This document shows, piece after piece, positions 1 through 56,296 of a DNA stretch of 64,000 nt (the first letter of the stretch is position 1; every line of letters starts with the position of its first letter). Under the pieces are notes generated by a model. It saw only the letters and a list, made by a program, of their open reading frames with translations, was not told where the DNA came from and did no database searches. The stretch spans positions 17,940,534 to 18,004,533 of the forward strand of contig CM120644.1 in assembly GCA_051362555.1 (NCBI GenBank), given 5' to 3'. Made by a program: the position numbers and the translations under genes. The stretch is from Lingula anatina. Taxonomy: Eukaryota; Animalia; Brachiopoda.

Positions 1-17
1 TGTTTCAGATGCTTTTG
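1..17 (+). CDS. TRRAP: Probable 3' end of the preceding TRRAP exon (or a 9-nt micro-exon at 9-17)
   Basis: GATGCTTTTG|gtgaga joins in phase 1 to exon 127 to give D-A-F-V-A-A-A-I-K-D-L-R-P, resembling vertebrate GAFMSAVIKDLRP. Truncated by the window edge. Confidence 0.45.
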
Positions 18-126
18 GTGAGAGCTAGATTTCATAGAATCAAATTGCATTCTATGAGTTTTAAGTTTATTCATTTCATTCATAAATGAAATACATTTAT
101 GAGACTTCATTATTTCATTATTTCAG

Positions 127-43709
<43,583 letters not shown>

Positions 43710-44569
43710 TTAAGCCAGTCACCCAACACTTAATGAAGCAGAGCTCTAGGACTATTTTTGCATTCTGTGGATGCTGCTTGCCATTAACTGCTTTAAGCAA
43801 TCTACCCAGCACTTGGAAGCAGCAGTGGAGTCAAAATCATTTGCACCATCTGGGTTGCGCTTGATATTCTTTGCTGTAAGTCATCCACCCAGCAAAAAGT
43901 CTCGAAGATTTGGGGCATATGGATCCCGTTTTGTTTCTGGATGTGATAAATCAGTTTAATCTTTCAAGCTGCAACAGCAAATTCGATCAATGTGTCGTTC
44001 TGTGTACAATTTAGTTTGTAGTCTTTTAAGATAAGTCTGTTAAAACAAGATCTAGTCACATCTAGTGCATTGTGAAGTTGTTTAACTGTCATGAATGGCA
44101 ATGAAAATACTTTATTTCAAAATGTTTTATTGTATTGCATTCTTGTGTATATATGAATGGTGTACTATTTGATAAGTTACTGAAATGTGTGGATGGAATA
44201 TCTGTTTGATCATTATAAAAAAATATTGGAATTTGGGTGGACACCATGTAGCATTTTACTGTACATCTGACCAATATACAATACAAGATACTATTGCAAA
44301 AATGTTTTATTTCTCTGGTAGATTTTGAAGACTATATTATCTATTACATGTGATATATTTTAGGGAGCATTAAGAATAAGAAATTATTTCATTTGTGTAT
44401 CTTACCCCGACTTTTTTACATTAAATCAAGGGATTAAAGATGAAGACCTGTCTTGATTAAATCTGCATTTTCTCTGTTATGAGCATTTTTCGGAACATTT
44501 GGCAGCTTTTCATTCCAGTTTGAAGATGAGACTAAGTTTTGTATTTCATAGTTTTACAATGGCAATACT

Positions 44570-44588
44570 AATAAAGTTATAAAATAAA
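44570..44588 (+). terminator. Candidate TRRAP polyadenylation signals (AATAAA x2)
   Basis: AATAAA at 44570-44575 and 44583-44588, about 860 nt after the stop, followed by GT/T-rich sequence. Confidence 0.5.
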
Positions 44589-44796
44589 AGCTATTATTGA
44601 AAATGGTATAATATTTAATGTTGTTTCATAATAACAACCTCTTTCCCTTAAATATTGTTTTTTTTTTTTTTCAAAATTTGGATAAAAATACATATCATCT
44701 ATAAAATGCAGTTAACATCCTTATCTATAGTGTCTCTACAGCAGTTTGATGGAGACCAGTCTGAGTTATAATGAAAAAAAAAAGAAACGAATGTTC

Positions 44797-45212
44797 TCAT
44801 GTAGATATATCTAACAAACACTGTACATGTTCACTTTCTTCCATGGCTCTGTGAAGAAATTTGGTAGACTGACTGAGGGCCTGTAGTTCATGCCACATCT
44901 GGACATCCTCTTCATTGTCTTCATCTGGAAGTAGCTGGGGTATTGTACCTAGAGAGTATAAAAATTAAATGTGATAGAAATTTATCAGGAAAGTGTTTAA
45001 AAAGAATCTACAAGTATAAGTAGATAGAAAAATGGCCTACATGTATGCAGGACTACTAGGCTTCCATGTTTCTACCACAACATATTGACAATTTGGATCC
45101 AACACTAAACAAATCTGGCAGATATATAAATTGATACAAAAACAATGGATATATCATAATGATGATTTTAGATCTGCATGTGTCACATTTGTGATCCTCT
45201 CTCTCTCTCTCA

Positions 45213-45243
<31 letters not shown>

Positions 45244-48200
45244 AAAAACGCACACATCATCACCAATTAATGTTTTAAATTTAAGCACCCAAAACAACAA
45301 ATATCCAAAACACTCAAATGTGAACTTGCCTGACTCTGTTGCTGTCAATAAAAAGTTTTCTCCAAACTCTGCAGAAGGGTCTGCAAGTTTTACAGACAGA
45401 CTTTTTCTGGGAGGGGTTTCATCATAAAACGTCAAATCTAACTCCATACGCTGATGCTCTTCTACTTCAAGATCTAAATAAAAAACAAAACAAAAAGATT
45501 CAGAAGCTTGGTTACATGTATATGTGAATCTAAACTGTATTGATTTTAAAATGCCCTGAAGTTCATTGAATAACGTTTAAGTCACCAAAAATTGATGACA
45601 AAATTATGATTACTGAACAGAAGTCTTTAAAGAAAGATATTACTTATCATTTTCAATTTTTATTTTGCAGAAATTAAATCAAGTCTGAAATTTGTTACTT
45701 ACCACACAGCCTATCAAAGCAGCACTGTTTACTCAGCTGTTCAGATTCAGCCAAGCGTTTGGCAATATCACCTTCATCTTCATCATCATCCTCTGATGTG
45801 GATTCTTCAACAAAACAAAATGATTGATAATGCTGAACTTTCCACCTCCCCTGGTCCCCCAAATACTTATATAAAAAGCTAGAGTATTTAAATTAAATCA
45901 TGAAACAACTTACTCTTTCTCAATTCTTATACAGTAATGTTTAAATGCTCAATATGTCAGACTGAGAAATAATATCTAAATACGTACATGTCTCTCAATT
46001 GGCTTATCACACTTGAAACAAACTCACCATTCAAGCTGTCATCAAAAATGCACAGTTTGCTGAGGCGATTGCTTTCTTCCAGCATCTGAGCAAGTTCATT
46101 CATGTCTTCATCTGGGGTGGAACCTATTAAAAATAATTATAAGTGCATAAATAATCTTTATTAATTCTTACACAAAGTTCAGAGGTTATGACCTATCTAC
46201 ACAGGCTCAATTATAAAAATGCTATTACAAATATAATTATAACTTTATAACTAACTAATAGATACTTAAAATATTACCCAAAACATTAATTCACAGACTG
46301 AACTTTCCATAAACAAATAGATGTAAAATTCATTGAATGCTTGAAAATTTCAATACTCAAGATCAAGATATTTTATGTAAGTCTCCCCATAACAAAGAAA
46401 TACAAATTTTAATTCATAAAAGAACAATTACACATGGCAGCTCTATACAGAACTATGAGAGACTGAATATCAGTTAAAATATACATGAAAACACTAGTAC
46501 ATTGTTATTGTACTTGTAGATGATGATAATTTCTTGCAGATACAGCACAAGTACAAAATAGATTTCTTGAGTCATAGAAGCATCTGCACCTTCTGAGACT
46601 TTGCTCTTATTCCGTTTCCTTGTTTGCCTCAGTTTCTTCTCCTTTTCCTTTGGCTTTTTTACTTGAGCAGAGTAACTTTTCCCAGCTAGAAACATTTCAT
46701 ATGGAAGTAAATTCCTGGAAGATTGGTTTGAAAAAGTGTGATAAGAATCCTTAACACCAGTAGAGGGAGGAGGAAAGGTTTGTTTCAATAAAAAATAAAC
46801 CAATGAAATACAAGACAATCATGAAGTAGCTTACAAAATACTAAAAAAAAGTGACCAAACTTGGCGGGTTTGTTAGGAGTAATTCCTTAACTGTAAAACA
46901 ATTTCAATGTCAAAATTGCTTCATGATCTTCCACACAATTCAAAAAGAAAATAAGCAACATGCCATAAAATATACAAATAAAAAAAGCACCTTTCATTTT
47001 AAAAGTTTAAGTACCTTTCATAGTAATTCTTCACAGTCTGGCCATTCTTCTTAGCTCCTGTGAACTCGCTGTAAATTGAGGACCAAGCTCTGTCAACACA
47101 AACCTGCAAAAATCAAGATGTGGTGATACTGTTAACCTTAGGCTAGTTAGTAGAAAAAATTAATAACAATGAAGAAAAATCCAAGTAGCAATAAACCAAA
47201 TACTTTTCACATTAAAAATAATTGTTTCATATAAAATAAACCTTCAAATAATGTAAAATCTATTATATTAGCAAACATAAATGCTTGCTGACACAGGATA
47301 GTCCCAAGTAATATCAAATAAATAAGAACAAAAACTTCTAGATAATGGACACAATTAAACTATTTTTTAAAAAGCCTAATGAAAGTATCTTTACAACAGA
47401 TGAAAAAAGGGACAATAAAAGAAGAGTTATTTTCTCACCTTATCATACCCTCCCCTGTCGTAGACAGCCAGAAAGAGCTGGAACAAACTGACAGGAGTGT
47501 TCTGCCAGAATGGTAGCCGCAGTGTACTCAAACTGTTCCTTTCCTTGAAGCGGGTGAGGTCATGTTCAAATGCTCTCTCATTTCTCTTATACATCTGAAG
47601 AAAATTTGTACATTACATTTTAGCAGATTGTGAATGCTGTGTAGAAGAAGACTAAAATTATGTATATCATTAAATATGAAACTTTGTATGATAGCTGGGT
47701 AAAGGTATTATTTGCTAATAATTTTTTAGGTCCAAGTGTTTGGTCTCTTGTGTGTTATCAATGGATTCAAGAAAAGACAAACTTTACATAGATTGATGAA
47801 TTAAAACTGGGAAAAATGGAATAAGTAATATATTCTTTTAAATAGATTCTTCCATGTTCAACTAATAGTTTTAACAAGACTGGCAAAAAACCGACTGTAT
47901 GTTTTTTTTTTTTTTTTATTACCTCAATATCTATAGCAAACTTTTCAGCTTTTGATTTTTCGAGTAATGAAACTCCAAAATTTATGTCTGGCATATTTTT
48001 GCTGTGCATATATGGAGCAGACAAGTCAGATGTCAAACTAGAACTATGCTTTCCTGCATGCTGTTTACAGTGCTCTCTTTTTCTCATTTCTTTCTTCAGA
48101 TGTTTATTCTCCATGTTCTCTTTTCCTGATAAGATATAATAATTTTCAAAATAAATGCAATTGAAGTTTTTAGATATGGCAAACTACTGCTCATTGCGTT

Positions 48201-49097
48201 TCACTATATAGATAATTTAGTCATTCTGATATTCTATATGGCAAATCTAAACATTAAGGAAGAGAACATAGAACACATCTCCACATATTAATTTCTCTTA
48301 AAATGTAAATAAATAAATAAAGTGATAAAATTATTGATTAGATCATTTTATAAATTTTCTGCTGAATCAAATGTAATCAGCCTAACCTGAGATAGTTTTC
48401 TCTTGTGTCTTTGGCTTGTCTACAAATTGACACTGTTTCAGTCTCTCCTGCAGAGAATGCTTCACCAGCTGATCTGCTTCCACTACAGCATCCTGTACAT
48501 CATGTTTCCTGTACTTGTTCCTACTGACAGGCCTGGGCTGGTAGGTGAGCTTTAATCCTTTGCAGCGCTTTTTACGTTTAGGACCCTGAAGTAATACAAA
48601 GTGATCAATTAGTTATCAGAAATAAATTTTGGCAAAATGAAAAAAGTCATCTATTTTAGGTTTTTCTTCTGAAAATTAGCCACTAAAATTCAGGGTGCAT
48701 AAACACTGGCTGATAACATGAGAAAAAGAGGTGGAATTTTTCTTTGTTAATCGGTTCTAAGAAAAATATACAACATTCAGTCTACCTGTACATGGCATGT
48801 GCCTGCTGTTCCACTAATCCTGTCAACATGTCCATAGAGCTCCACGCCTCTGCTGAGCACCCAGCCATGTGAGTGTGGGTTACCTAAGAACTCTATGTGA
48901 TACCAGTAGGGTTCTCCATCACTGTCCAGGACAACATGGTCTCCACCCTCTGGGTCAGCACTCACTACACCAGGCCATCTGTAACATACAGGATTTTTTT
49001 GTTTGTTTGTTTTTTTCATTTTGCAAGAGTAATAGCGTTAAAAATTAATTATTCTATTGATATTACATTCCTGTGTCAATATGTCACAAAAGAATAA

Positions 49098-49144
<47 letters not shown>

Positions 49145-49726
49145 AATCGATAATAACAGTGATTTTTTTCACAAATTGCTTTTTTGATTTCTAATGACAC
49201 TGCTAGTAGGGCAACTCTAGTTTTGCCTTCAAAGATGAATAAGTGAGCAATAAATAAATAAATAAATAAATGCCTGCAATATCCTGGCATTTTAGCCCAG
49301 ACTAAACTTCCAACTGGTAACTCTGACATGACAAAACGATATCCGCACTCATCAGCGACCCTGTCTGCCTCTTCATGGTCCTCCTCGGGAGCGTCACAAG
49401 TTCCATGCTCCTTGTCATTGTTCATGTGGCAGAACCAGGATTTGTCCTTTATCTCGCTGGCCGCCGAGTTGGAGATTCTGCGCCATTTTAGACAAGTTGG
49501 GTTTTCACACTGCACCCAAGTAGACTGTGAAACCTGTTTCAAAAAAATTATCTAACTTTTTAAAAATTATTTTTTAAGTATGAAATAAATTAGCCTGATG
49601 GCCAACTTCTTTATTTTAGATTTCATACATACCCGCTTGTCTCTACTAATCTTCAGAAATGTTGGATTATATATATAATAACTTATAAGTTTACATTGCT
49701 GGTATGTTAAGCAAAGAACCCACTAA

Positions 49727-49760
<34 letters not shown>

Positions 49761-50133
49761 ACAAAATCTGGATACTAGTATAACCAAATGAAAGCTTGTG
49801 ATTGGTATAGAAAACATCAATTACATCACTGAAGTAAATAAGCGTGTACAGACAGAAATTTGAAAACACACAGCTGACATGAACCCTGGGTAACACATCT
49901 TCAGTTAATCACTATAAGCAACAGTCTGAATAATAATAATTAAAAAAATACTTTTTACACTAATTGGAATATACTCTCTGCTTAAGGAAAAAAATGCAAA
50001 TACTACAATTAAGTGAATTTCAATATTCAGAAAAATATTAATTAAAAAAAATACTCACCTTTTCTTCCATTTCCTTGATCGCATTGTGGTTGTGACACTG
50101 TTCAAGGCAATCAACTTCAGAAGGAATGCTCAT
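44797..50133 (-). CDS. ZCWPW2: ZCWPW2-like zinc finger CW-type PWWP domain protein with a C-terminal ARID domain (about 597 aa model)
   Basis: Minus-strand exons in transcript order: 50133-50059 (ATG), 49533-49274, 48978-48786, 48585-48387, 48125-47923, 47594-47439, 47103-47015, 46714-46590, 46123-46028, 45804-45703, 45473-45330, 44948-44797 (TGA), 1794 nt in one frame. zf-CW: WVQCENPTCLKWRR...WFCHMNND...CDAPEE. PWWP: LPVGSLVWAKMPGYCRWPG...YHIEFLGNPHSHGWV. The short N-terminus and YHIEFLGxPHS match ZCWPW2 better than ZCWPW1. The 3' exons are less certain. Confidence 0.82.
46690..47594 (-). CDS. ARID/BRIGHT DNA-binding domain exons of the ZCWPW2-like gene
   Basis: Three exons (47594-47439, 47103-47015, 46714 onward) splice to ERAFEHDLTRFKERNSLSTLRLPFWQNTPVSLFQLFLAVYDRGGYDKVCVDRAWSSIYSEFTGAKKNGQTVKNYYERNLLPYEMF. 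This matches the ARID pattern F..L..F...P.....L..L...V..RGG...V....W..I.......Y...L.PYE. Confidence 0.85.
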
Positions 50134-51089
50134 TTCTTGTTCTCTGAAATTCATTTATTTCATGTTTGTATTACATGTTTTAAAGTGGTGTTAAATAATA
50201 AATATTACATTTTATTAAAAAATCACTTGAATTTACTTTAGAGCTTAAATCATAATCTGTATCCACTAAAAGATTAATAGGCCTTAATGAAAAGTGTGTG
50301 AGTTGGAGGGGGGGGGGGGGTCAGAAAAATATGAATACCCATAATGTGATTGGGTTAATATTCTTAATGACATAGGTGGTTAACGAGTAGCAGCTCTCTG
50401 TAAATGGGGTCAGATAATGGAATTTGTTTTTAGTATTGATTTGTCCATTTATTTATTTGTTTGGTTGGTTTTAAACTTTAACAAGCAATTAAGCAGCTTA
50501 ATTTTTGGTTTAGTTGGTAAATTAATTTTTTTTCCAATTTTATTTCATGGGGAAGCATTTGGCAAAATCACAGTCTAGGCAATTTTAGAGCACAGAAATA
50601 TTCTGGGGTCAGTTATAAAATCTAAATACCTCCTACTAATTACCAAACCAATTTTCTTTTTTTTTTTATTTGAAAAAATGATAAATAGCTAATTTTAAAT
50701 TATTTTTAATTTTTTTTTCTGGTCTTAACCTGATTGTACATGTAGATCTAGCCTTGATACATGTACGATTTTAAAATGTGTGTTCACAGTTGGTCCCATT
50801 AACTAGGGCTCAAATTTCCTCTGCACTAAAAAATACTCTAAAATGTTTAGGATAGATGTTTTCCACTATCAGCAAAGGAGGATTTTATTTTTAAAAATAC
50901 TGATAGTGAGAAAACTCCACTGACACTGCAAGCAGACGAACTATTCTTTCCTCATATCTATTCAAGGATTTAATATATAAATTTAAATCACGCTTTTGAT
51001 ATTTACATAGTATGATTATTCTAATTGAATCTTAATCAATTTGGGGAAATTCACACGTGTTTCAAAACGGGATTTAATCAAAAACTTAC

Positions 51090-51426
51090 AGATTACTTAG
51101 ACTCCTAACTTTTCGCTTGGGCTCGCTGAAACTTCGTGACCTTGAAATAGTCTCGTTCTCAAAGACACGCCTCTCATTTTAATCAGAGAGCAGAAATAAT
51201 TATTACACATAGATATGTGATGTGTCTTATTTTGAATGTAACATTTCTTGAAAAAAGTTAGATTTCTTTGCAACATGAATAATATTATCACTTGTTGTTA
51301 CTAAAAGACTTTCTTGTTTACGCTTCAGTGCGTGCGTGTTAGAGAGTACAGCTTAATCGCCATATTGTTCTCACAAGAATAGGAGATAGGCAGTGCAAGC
51401 CGAGAGGGAAATATGCTTTTGTAAGT
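51090..51426. promoter_or_regulatory. Putative bidirectional promoter with first exons of two divergent genes
   Basis: Minus-strand donors (GTAAT at 51096, GTAAG at 51089) would close a 5' UTR exon of the ZCWPW2-like gene. A plus-strand donor TTT|GTAAGT lies at 51421. CpG is locally enriched relative to the flanks. Confidence 0.45.
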
Positions 51427-53129
51427 ATCTCAAACAAAATAAACTCGACAAAAGAATTGTGAGAAGTTATAATGTATTACATCTTGTTAGTAAATCTGAT
51501 TTTCACTGCGGAGAAGTCGGTTGTTGGTAATAAATGTTGTCAAGTTGTGAAGCTAAACTTTCTCTATGAAGTCGACGTACTCGTACTCGACCACAGGTGT
51601 CTGCTTGCATCGAAAAAGTGGGAGTCAAATAAGTTTGTTGCAAAAGTAATAGAAATATTACAATTTCTAAGTTAGATATCACTTAAATAATTTAGAAGTT
51701 TCTTGGTTGCTTTGCAGTCGTGATTTCCAGAATAGGTTATTGAATGGTTGAAAACACTGCATTTAACTTTTAAATTACAGTTTCAACTTTTAATGTTTTA
51801 TTAATGACAGTTATTGCAAGCGTTCTATCAAAGGAAGTACTTAGCAATTAAATTATGTTAATGTACATATTTTCATACTGTCAAAACGGTTGATTTGCTT
51901 TATTTTGAGGTATTTTATCCAAAAAAATCGGTCTCAAAATGAGACAAAACTTACAGGTGTTACAAACTATCTGAGCATCATAGATTATAATGTAGTTTTA
52001 ATTTGACAAATGGAGTGAATTATTAACTAACAAAGTAAAATACGAACATCTTATTAAAATGCATTAAAATATAAAGATAAACAATGTTTTAAGTTTTAGG
52101 GGTGCACATAGTATTTTATATTTTTTTCTTTGTCAAAAAGTTTGGAATGAAGGAGACAAACTGATTTGTGTTGGAGAGTTTTAGTGGGAAGACTCAATTT
52201 CTTCATGACTGTATGGTCCACTTCCTTCATTCAGCACTGTGGTCTTGGTCAGTCGTGACAGAAATAGTTTTATTGTGGGTACAGGGTGTTATGCAATAGA
52301 CGGTGTGTGTATGCTGGACACATAATACATGTCATAAGTCGCAAGTCTACGGTTCAGAAAGTTTGCCGAAAGACCTTTGTAAACACAATTTATTTATCAT
52401 TTATATTTGAATTTTACCCTGCTCAGTGACCTAAACACTTGGCTGGAAAGCGTTTTTCAAATTGTTCTTCAAAGTGTTATCTCGGTTTATGGAAGTCTGA
52501 TCTTATTTTCTCTTAGGCATAGTTTCAACTTACATCCAGTTAAATTTTGTTAGCAGAATAGATTTATGTGAAATTGATCAAAAGCCTGAAAGTTTTTCTT
52601 TTTCTTCAGTCAAGTTTTCTAGTAATCAAATTTATCCATTACTGAAACAATTTCATCAATATAGCACATGTTTGGTAAGTTATTAAACATGAGCGAGTCA
52701 GTAAACATTTTCACCGCTTTGATTTCTCAGAAAGCTAAGGTGAATAGTGAAAGGCCTGAATGAAATTGATTCCATTATGTTGGTATTACTCCATTTCAAT
52801 TAGAATCACAAAGCTGAATCAATATGCACAATGGGTTCTTTGACTCTGAGAAGGTCTGGAAGTTGTGTTTGCAAACAGATTAGCCTCGCTGAAGATACCT
52901 TTTGAATACCTAAGTCTCAATTGCATTTTTACCTGAAAAGGATTAAAAGGCACAGTCACACTCGTTTATCCAGAACAAAAATTTGAAGCAATCCACGGCG
53001 AGGGAGATTGTTGTCAATCCTTTAGTCGTTGTAGCTACTGTTTTGTCAAGGTACTCAGTTTAAAGTAAATTGCTTGGAGTGATGCTGTGGACCTGCCAGT
53101 ATGACACACCTTCAGAAGCTGCTAAATGA

Positions 53130-53261
53130 TTATTAATTACCTCCTAGCAGTTTCCATAGGTGTGACAGACATTTAAGCTGCTTAAGTTGATTGCAACTGA
53201 GCGAGAATCCCCTCGGAGATAGATCGATCCACAGTACAATAGGGTCTGGGAATGGTCCCTA
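53130..53261. mobile_element. Foldback MITE family A, half copy
   Basis: GTGACAGACATTTAAG...GAGATAGATCGATCC...GGGAATGGTCCCT matches the right arm of 26872-27117. Confidence 0.65.
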
Positions 53262-54057
53262 TGTCTACAGTCAGCGGAGCCTTGTTTCCATTTGAAATGT
53301 GTGAGCTGTCCTAGACAAGTGTGACTGAGTCTGGATAATGTTAAGAATAACGACTCCCGCATTATACTAGTAAATGTTAAATATTGCGGTTTGAGGTAGG
53401 AGAGGATTTGGTTTGTGAGTGAAGTATTTGTCTTTTGTCAGACAAGTTGCATGCTTAGAGCCATAGCTAAACATTATTAGGCTAGATTTGTATGCATAGG
53501 GATAATTTTGTAGTTTTGTCAGGTCTGAGAATATCACATGCTCTCCTTTTTTTTCTGTCCACATTCAGCGTACAGGTACAGTAGCGTTGTTTTTGTAATT
53601 GTTTATTGCATGAAACTGTGGCTGTGAAATTAGGGGAAAAACAACCATTGCATGCGTAAGCTCATACACATATTCCATCTCAAGTATCTTCATCGTTTTT
53701 TGGAGGCATCTTTATTTTATGTATAAAGTATCTTTTAAAAAAAATTCATCTCATTACCAAAATGAAAATGAAAGAGTGAAGCCACGCCCACCTATTTAGA
53801 GATTTCATATGTTGTCAGTGACAGGCTTCATCATCCTGTTTTTGGGACTGGAATATTATCTTTCCATGAATAAAATGTTATCAGTCCTAATGTGATTGTT
53901 ATTAACAGGCAAACAAAAAGGTTTTATTTGGTGGGAAGGGGTGATTGAGTACTGAGAATAGTACTATGGTGACCGTGTGAATGCAAACTCACATTGCATC
54001 TAAAATTTTGTTGACAAGCACTGTTTTGATACTAGCAGAGAGAAAGAAAACAGTCTT

Positions 54058-54205
54058 TGATTGCAATCATGCTGTCTACGCCCTAGAGTGACCAGTGATT
54101 GCAATCATGCTGTCTACTTCCTAGAGTGACCTGTGATTGCAAACATGCTGTCTACTCCCTTGAGTGACCTGTGATTCAACCGTGCAGTCTTCTTCCTGGA
54201 GTGAG
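54058..54205 (+). repeat. 38-bp minisatellite, about 4 copies
   Basis: TGATTGCAATCATGCTGTCTAC...AGAGTGACC at 54058, 54096, 54134 and 54172. Confidence 0.88.
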
Positions 54206-56055
54206 TCTTCAAGCAATTTTAGTCAAAACAGTGTCTAATGTGACACTAAGATGGACTACTTCCACTAGACTAATGCCCTGGATGGATGTCTTGGAAAAGA
54301 GTTAACTAGGATTTAACTACCTGGTTAAATTTTAACCCCATTATGTACAGTTGGTATTGGGAAAAAGCTTATATGAATTATACAAACTGGCTAAAGTGAC
54401 TGCAAGCTTTTAATCATTCTTATTACTTGTCAACATTTTTCACAAGTCTGTTGTTCTGTTGTTGATTTGTGGTAGTAAATTTTTTTGTGGTGGATAGAGG
54501 TCATAATCTTAGGTATATTTCCGTAGTATTGTTAATAATATGTTAAAATGTATGGCTTGCCTTGATCAGAATCAAGAAGATCCACAGGCTATTTAACACG
54601 TTTTGTTTTCATTTTGCTTTGAAATAAAGATGCTTTCTTGTAATATGAGAGGCAATAAAAATCAAATATTTTGCATCGATATGCATATATATTCAAGATT
54701 GCAGAAGATTAGGAGCATGTTTGTTATCATTAGTTTATGGTCAAGTTTATAGCAGGTTATGATGACTCTTCTTAAATAGGGTACCAGTATGATAATATAG
54801 GGTAAAGATATCTCTGGAATAAGATTAGATCTTGGTCTTCAATTTGGACTCCCACAGAAAAAAACGGGTCATTTTTAAATGCAAGTCACTGTGTGCTGTT
54901 CTGTTTTAAAGGAGCAGTTGCTTTTCACAAACCAATGCCAAGGACTCTTAAAATAAGTTTACAGAAATCTTAATGGTAATACATATGGACAAGCGTCATT
55001 TTGGACAAAGGGTACTAGTAGTCATGTATGTATATAATATGAGTCCTTTTCTGTCCTTGGGTGTATACACAGATAGCCTGTGTTATCAAATGCCCTGTGG
55101 TGTGTTTGGCAGATGACACAATAGCAGTTTATGTAAGCTGTTAGAGGCGATGGAAAAAGTATCATGTTTGTGGTTGAGGTAGCTGTCTCCATCGTCAGCA
55201 TTTTGTCTTCTATCCATGTTAATTCGAGGGGTATTGTAGTGACATAAAAAGAGAGAGAATAGGCACAGGTTGGGCATTTTGTTTTAATGACCTGTGGCTT
55301 ATCCAACTACTGTAGGTGTGTATTATTATATGTGCATCATGGATTTTTTTTCTTACTTTGTGCAAATGAACAGGTCCTGTTGTGGTGGGTCTATACCTTA
55401 CGTTTGTTTGTTGATGAAATAAGGTTATATAACAGATGGTATCTTGTCCTAGGACCTTTCATTGTCAGCTACAAAAATGTATATATATTTATTTATAAAT
55501 TTATTAATCTATTTGCCTTGATTCGTGTTATTTGATCTGTATGTTAATATATTTATTGAAAGACTGTATTCTGATAAGTCAGTTGTTTAGTGGTTAAATT
55601 TGGTGTTCAACTGTTGCACTGAAATTTTTCTTATATCTTACAGAGAGAGACATCTTTGACATGTCCCTTTAATAAAAAAAGAGAAAAACACACATCTTGG
55701 TCAGTATGTAGTGGACAGCCAGGCACTGGCATTGACCATAAGTGGACGGGTAAGTGACCATTTAGTTAACAATAAGTGGACACGTTAAATAACTGAAGAA
55801 GTCGGCTATACTGGTAGAACAAGCCTGAGTGCTAGTATATTGTGGTATTAAACTAGTCTGGGCTGCGATGACTAAGAAAAAAATGCTTGTAGCAAAAAGA
55901 CAGATGTAATAAATGACATGTCTTGATATATAATATATTAAAACACATTATATTTTAAAACAGAGCAAGGGGGGTTTCCTTCTTAGATGTGAGGTATGCT
56001 GTGTCACATTGTGTGTGAGTGTGTGTGTGTTTTTAAAGAGAAAGAGAGAGACTAA

Positions 56056-56296
56056 GGCTTCGTTCACATGCAATGTCTATTTTCTAAATTCTATTTTCTA
56101 TTTGCGGCATGTCTTATGATCACGGTCTGTGCACTGAATATCCCGCCGCGTAATTACTGGCAGCGCGAGCCAGTTATAGTAACTTATAGTAACTGGCTCG
56201 CGCTGCCAGTAATTACGCGGCGGGATATTCAGTGCACAGACCGTGATCATAAGACATACCGAAAATAGAAAATAGACATTGCATGTGAACGAAGCC
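56056..56296. mobile_element. Near-perfect palindromic PIF/Harbinger (Tourist-like) MITE
   Basis: GGCTTCGTTCACATGCAATGTCTATTTTCTA ... TAGAAAATAGACATTGCATGTGAACGAAGCC. The whole element folds back. TAA TSD at 56053-56055 and 56297-56299. Confidence 0.88.

Noticed and set aside
45073-45114. Possible extra 42-nt phase-1 exon in the ZCWPW2-like gene (DLFSVGSKLSICCG)
   Set aside because: Weak donor (GTAGAA) and no homology support. The frame is intact without it.
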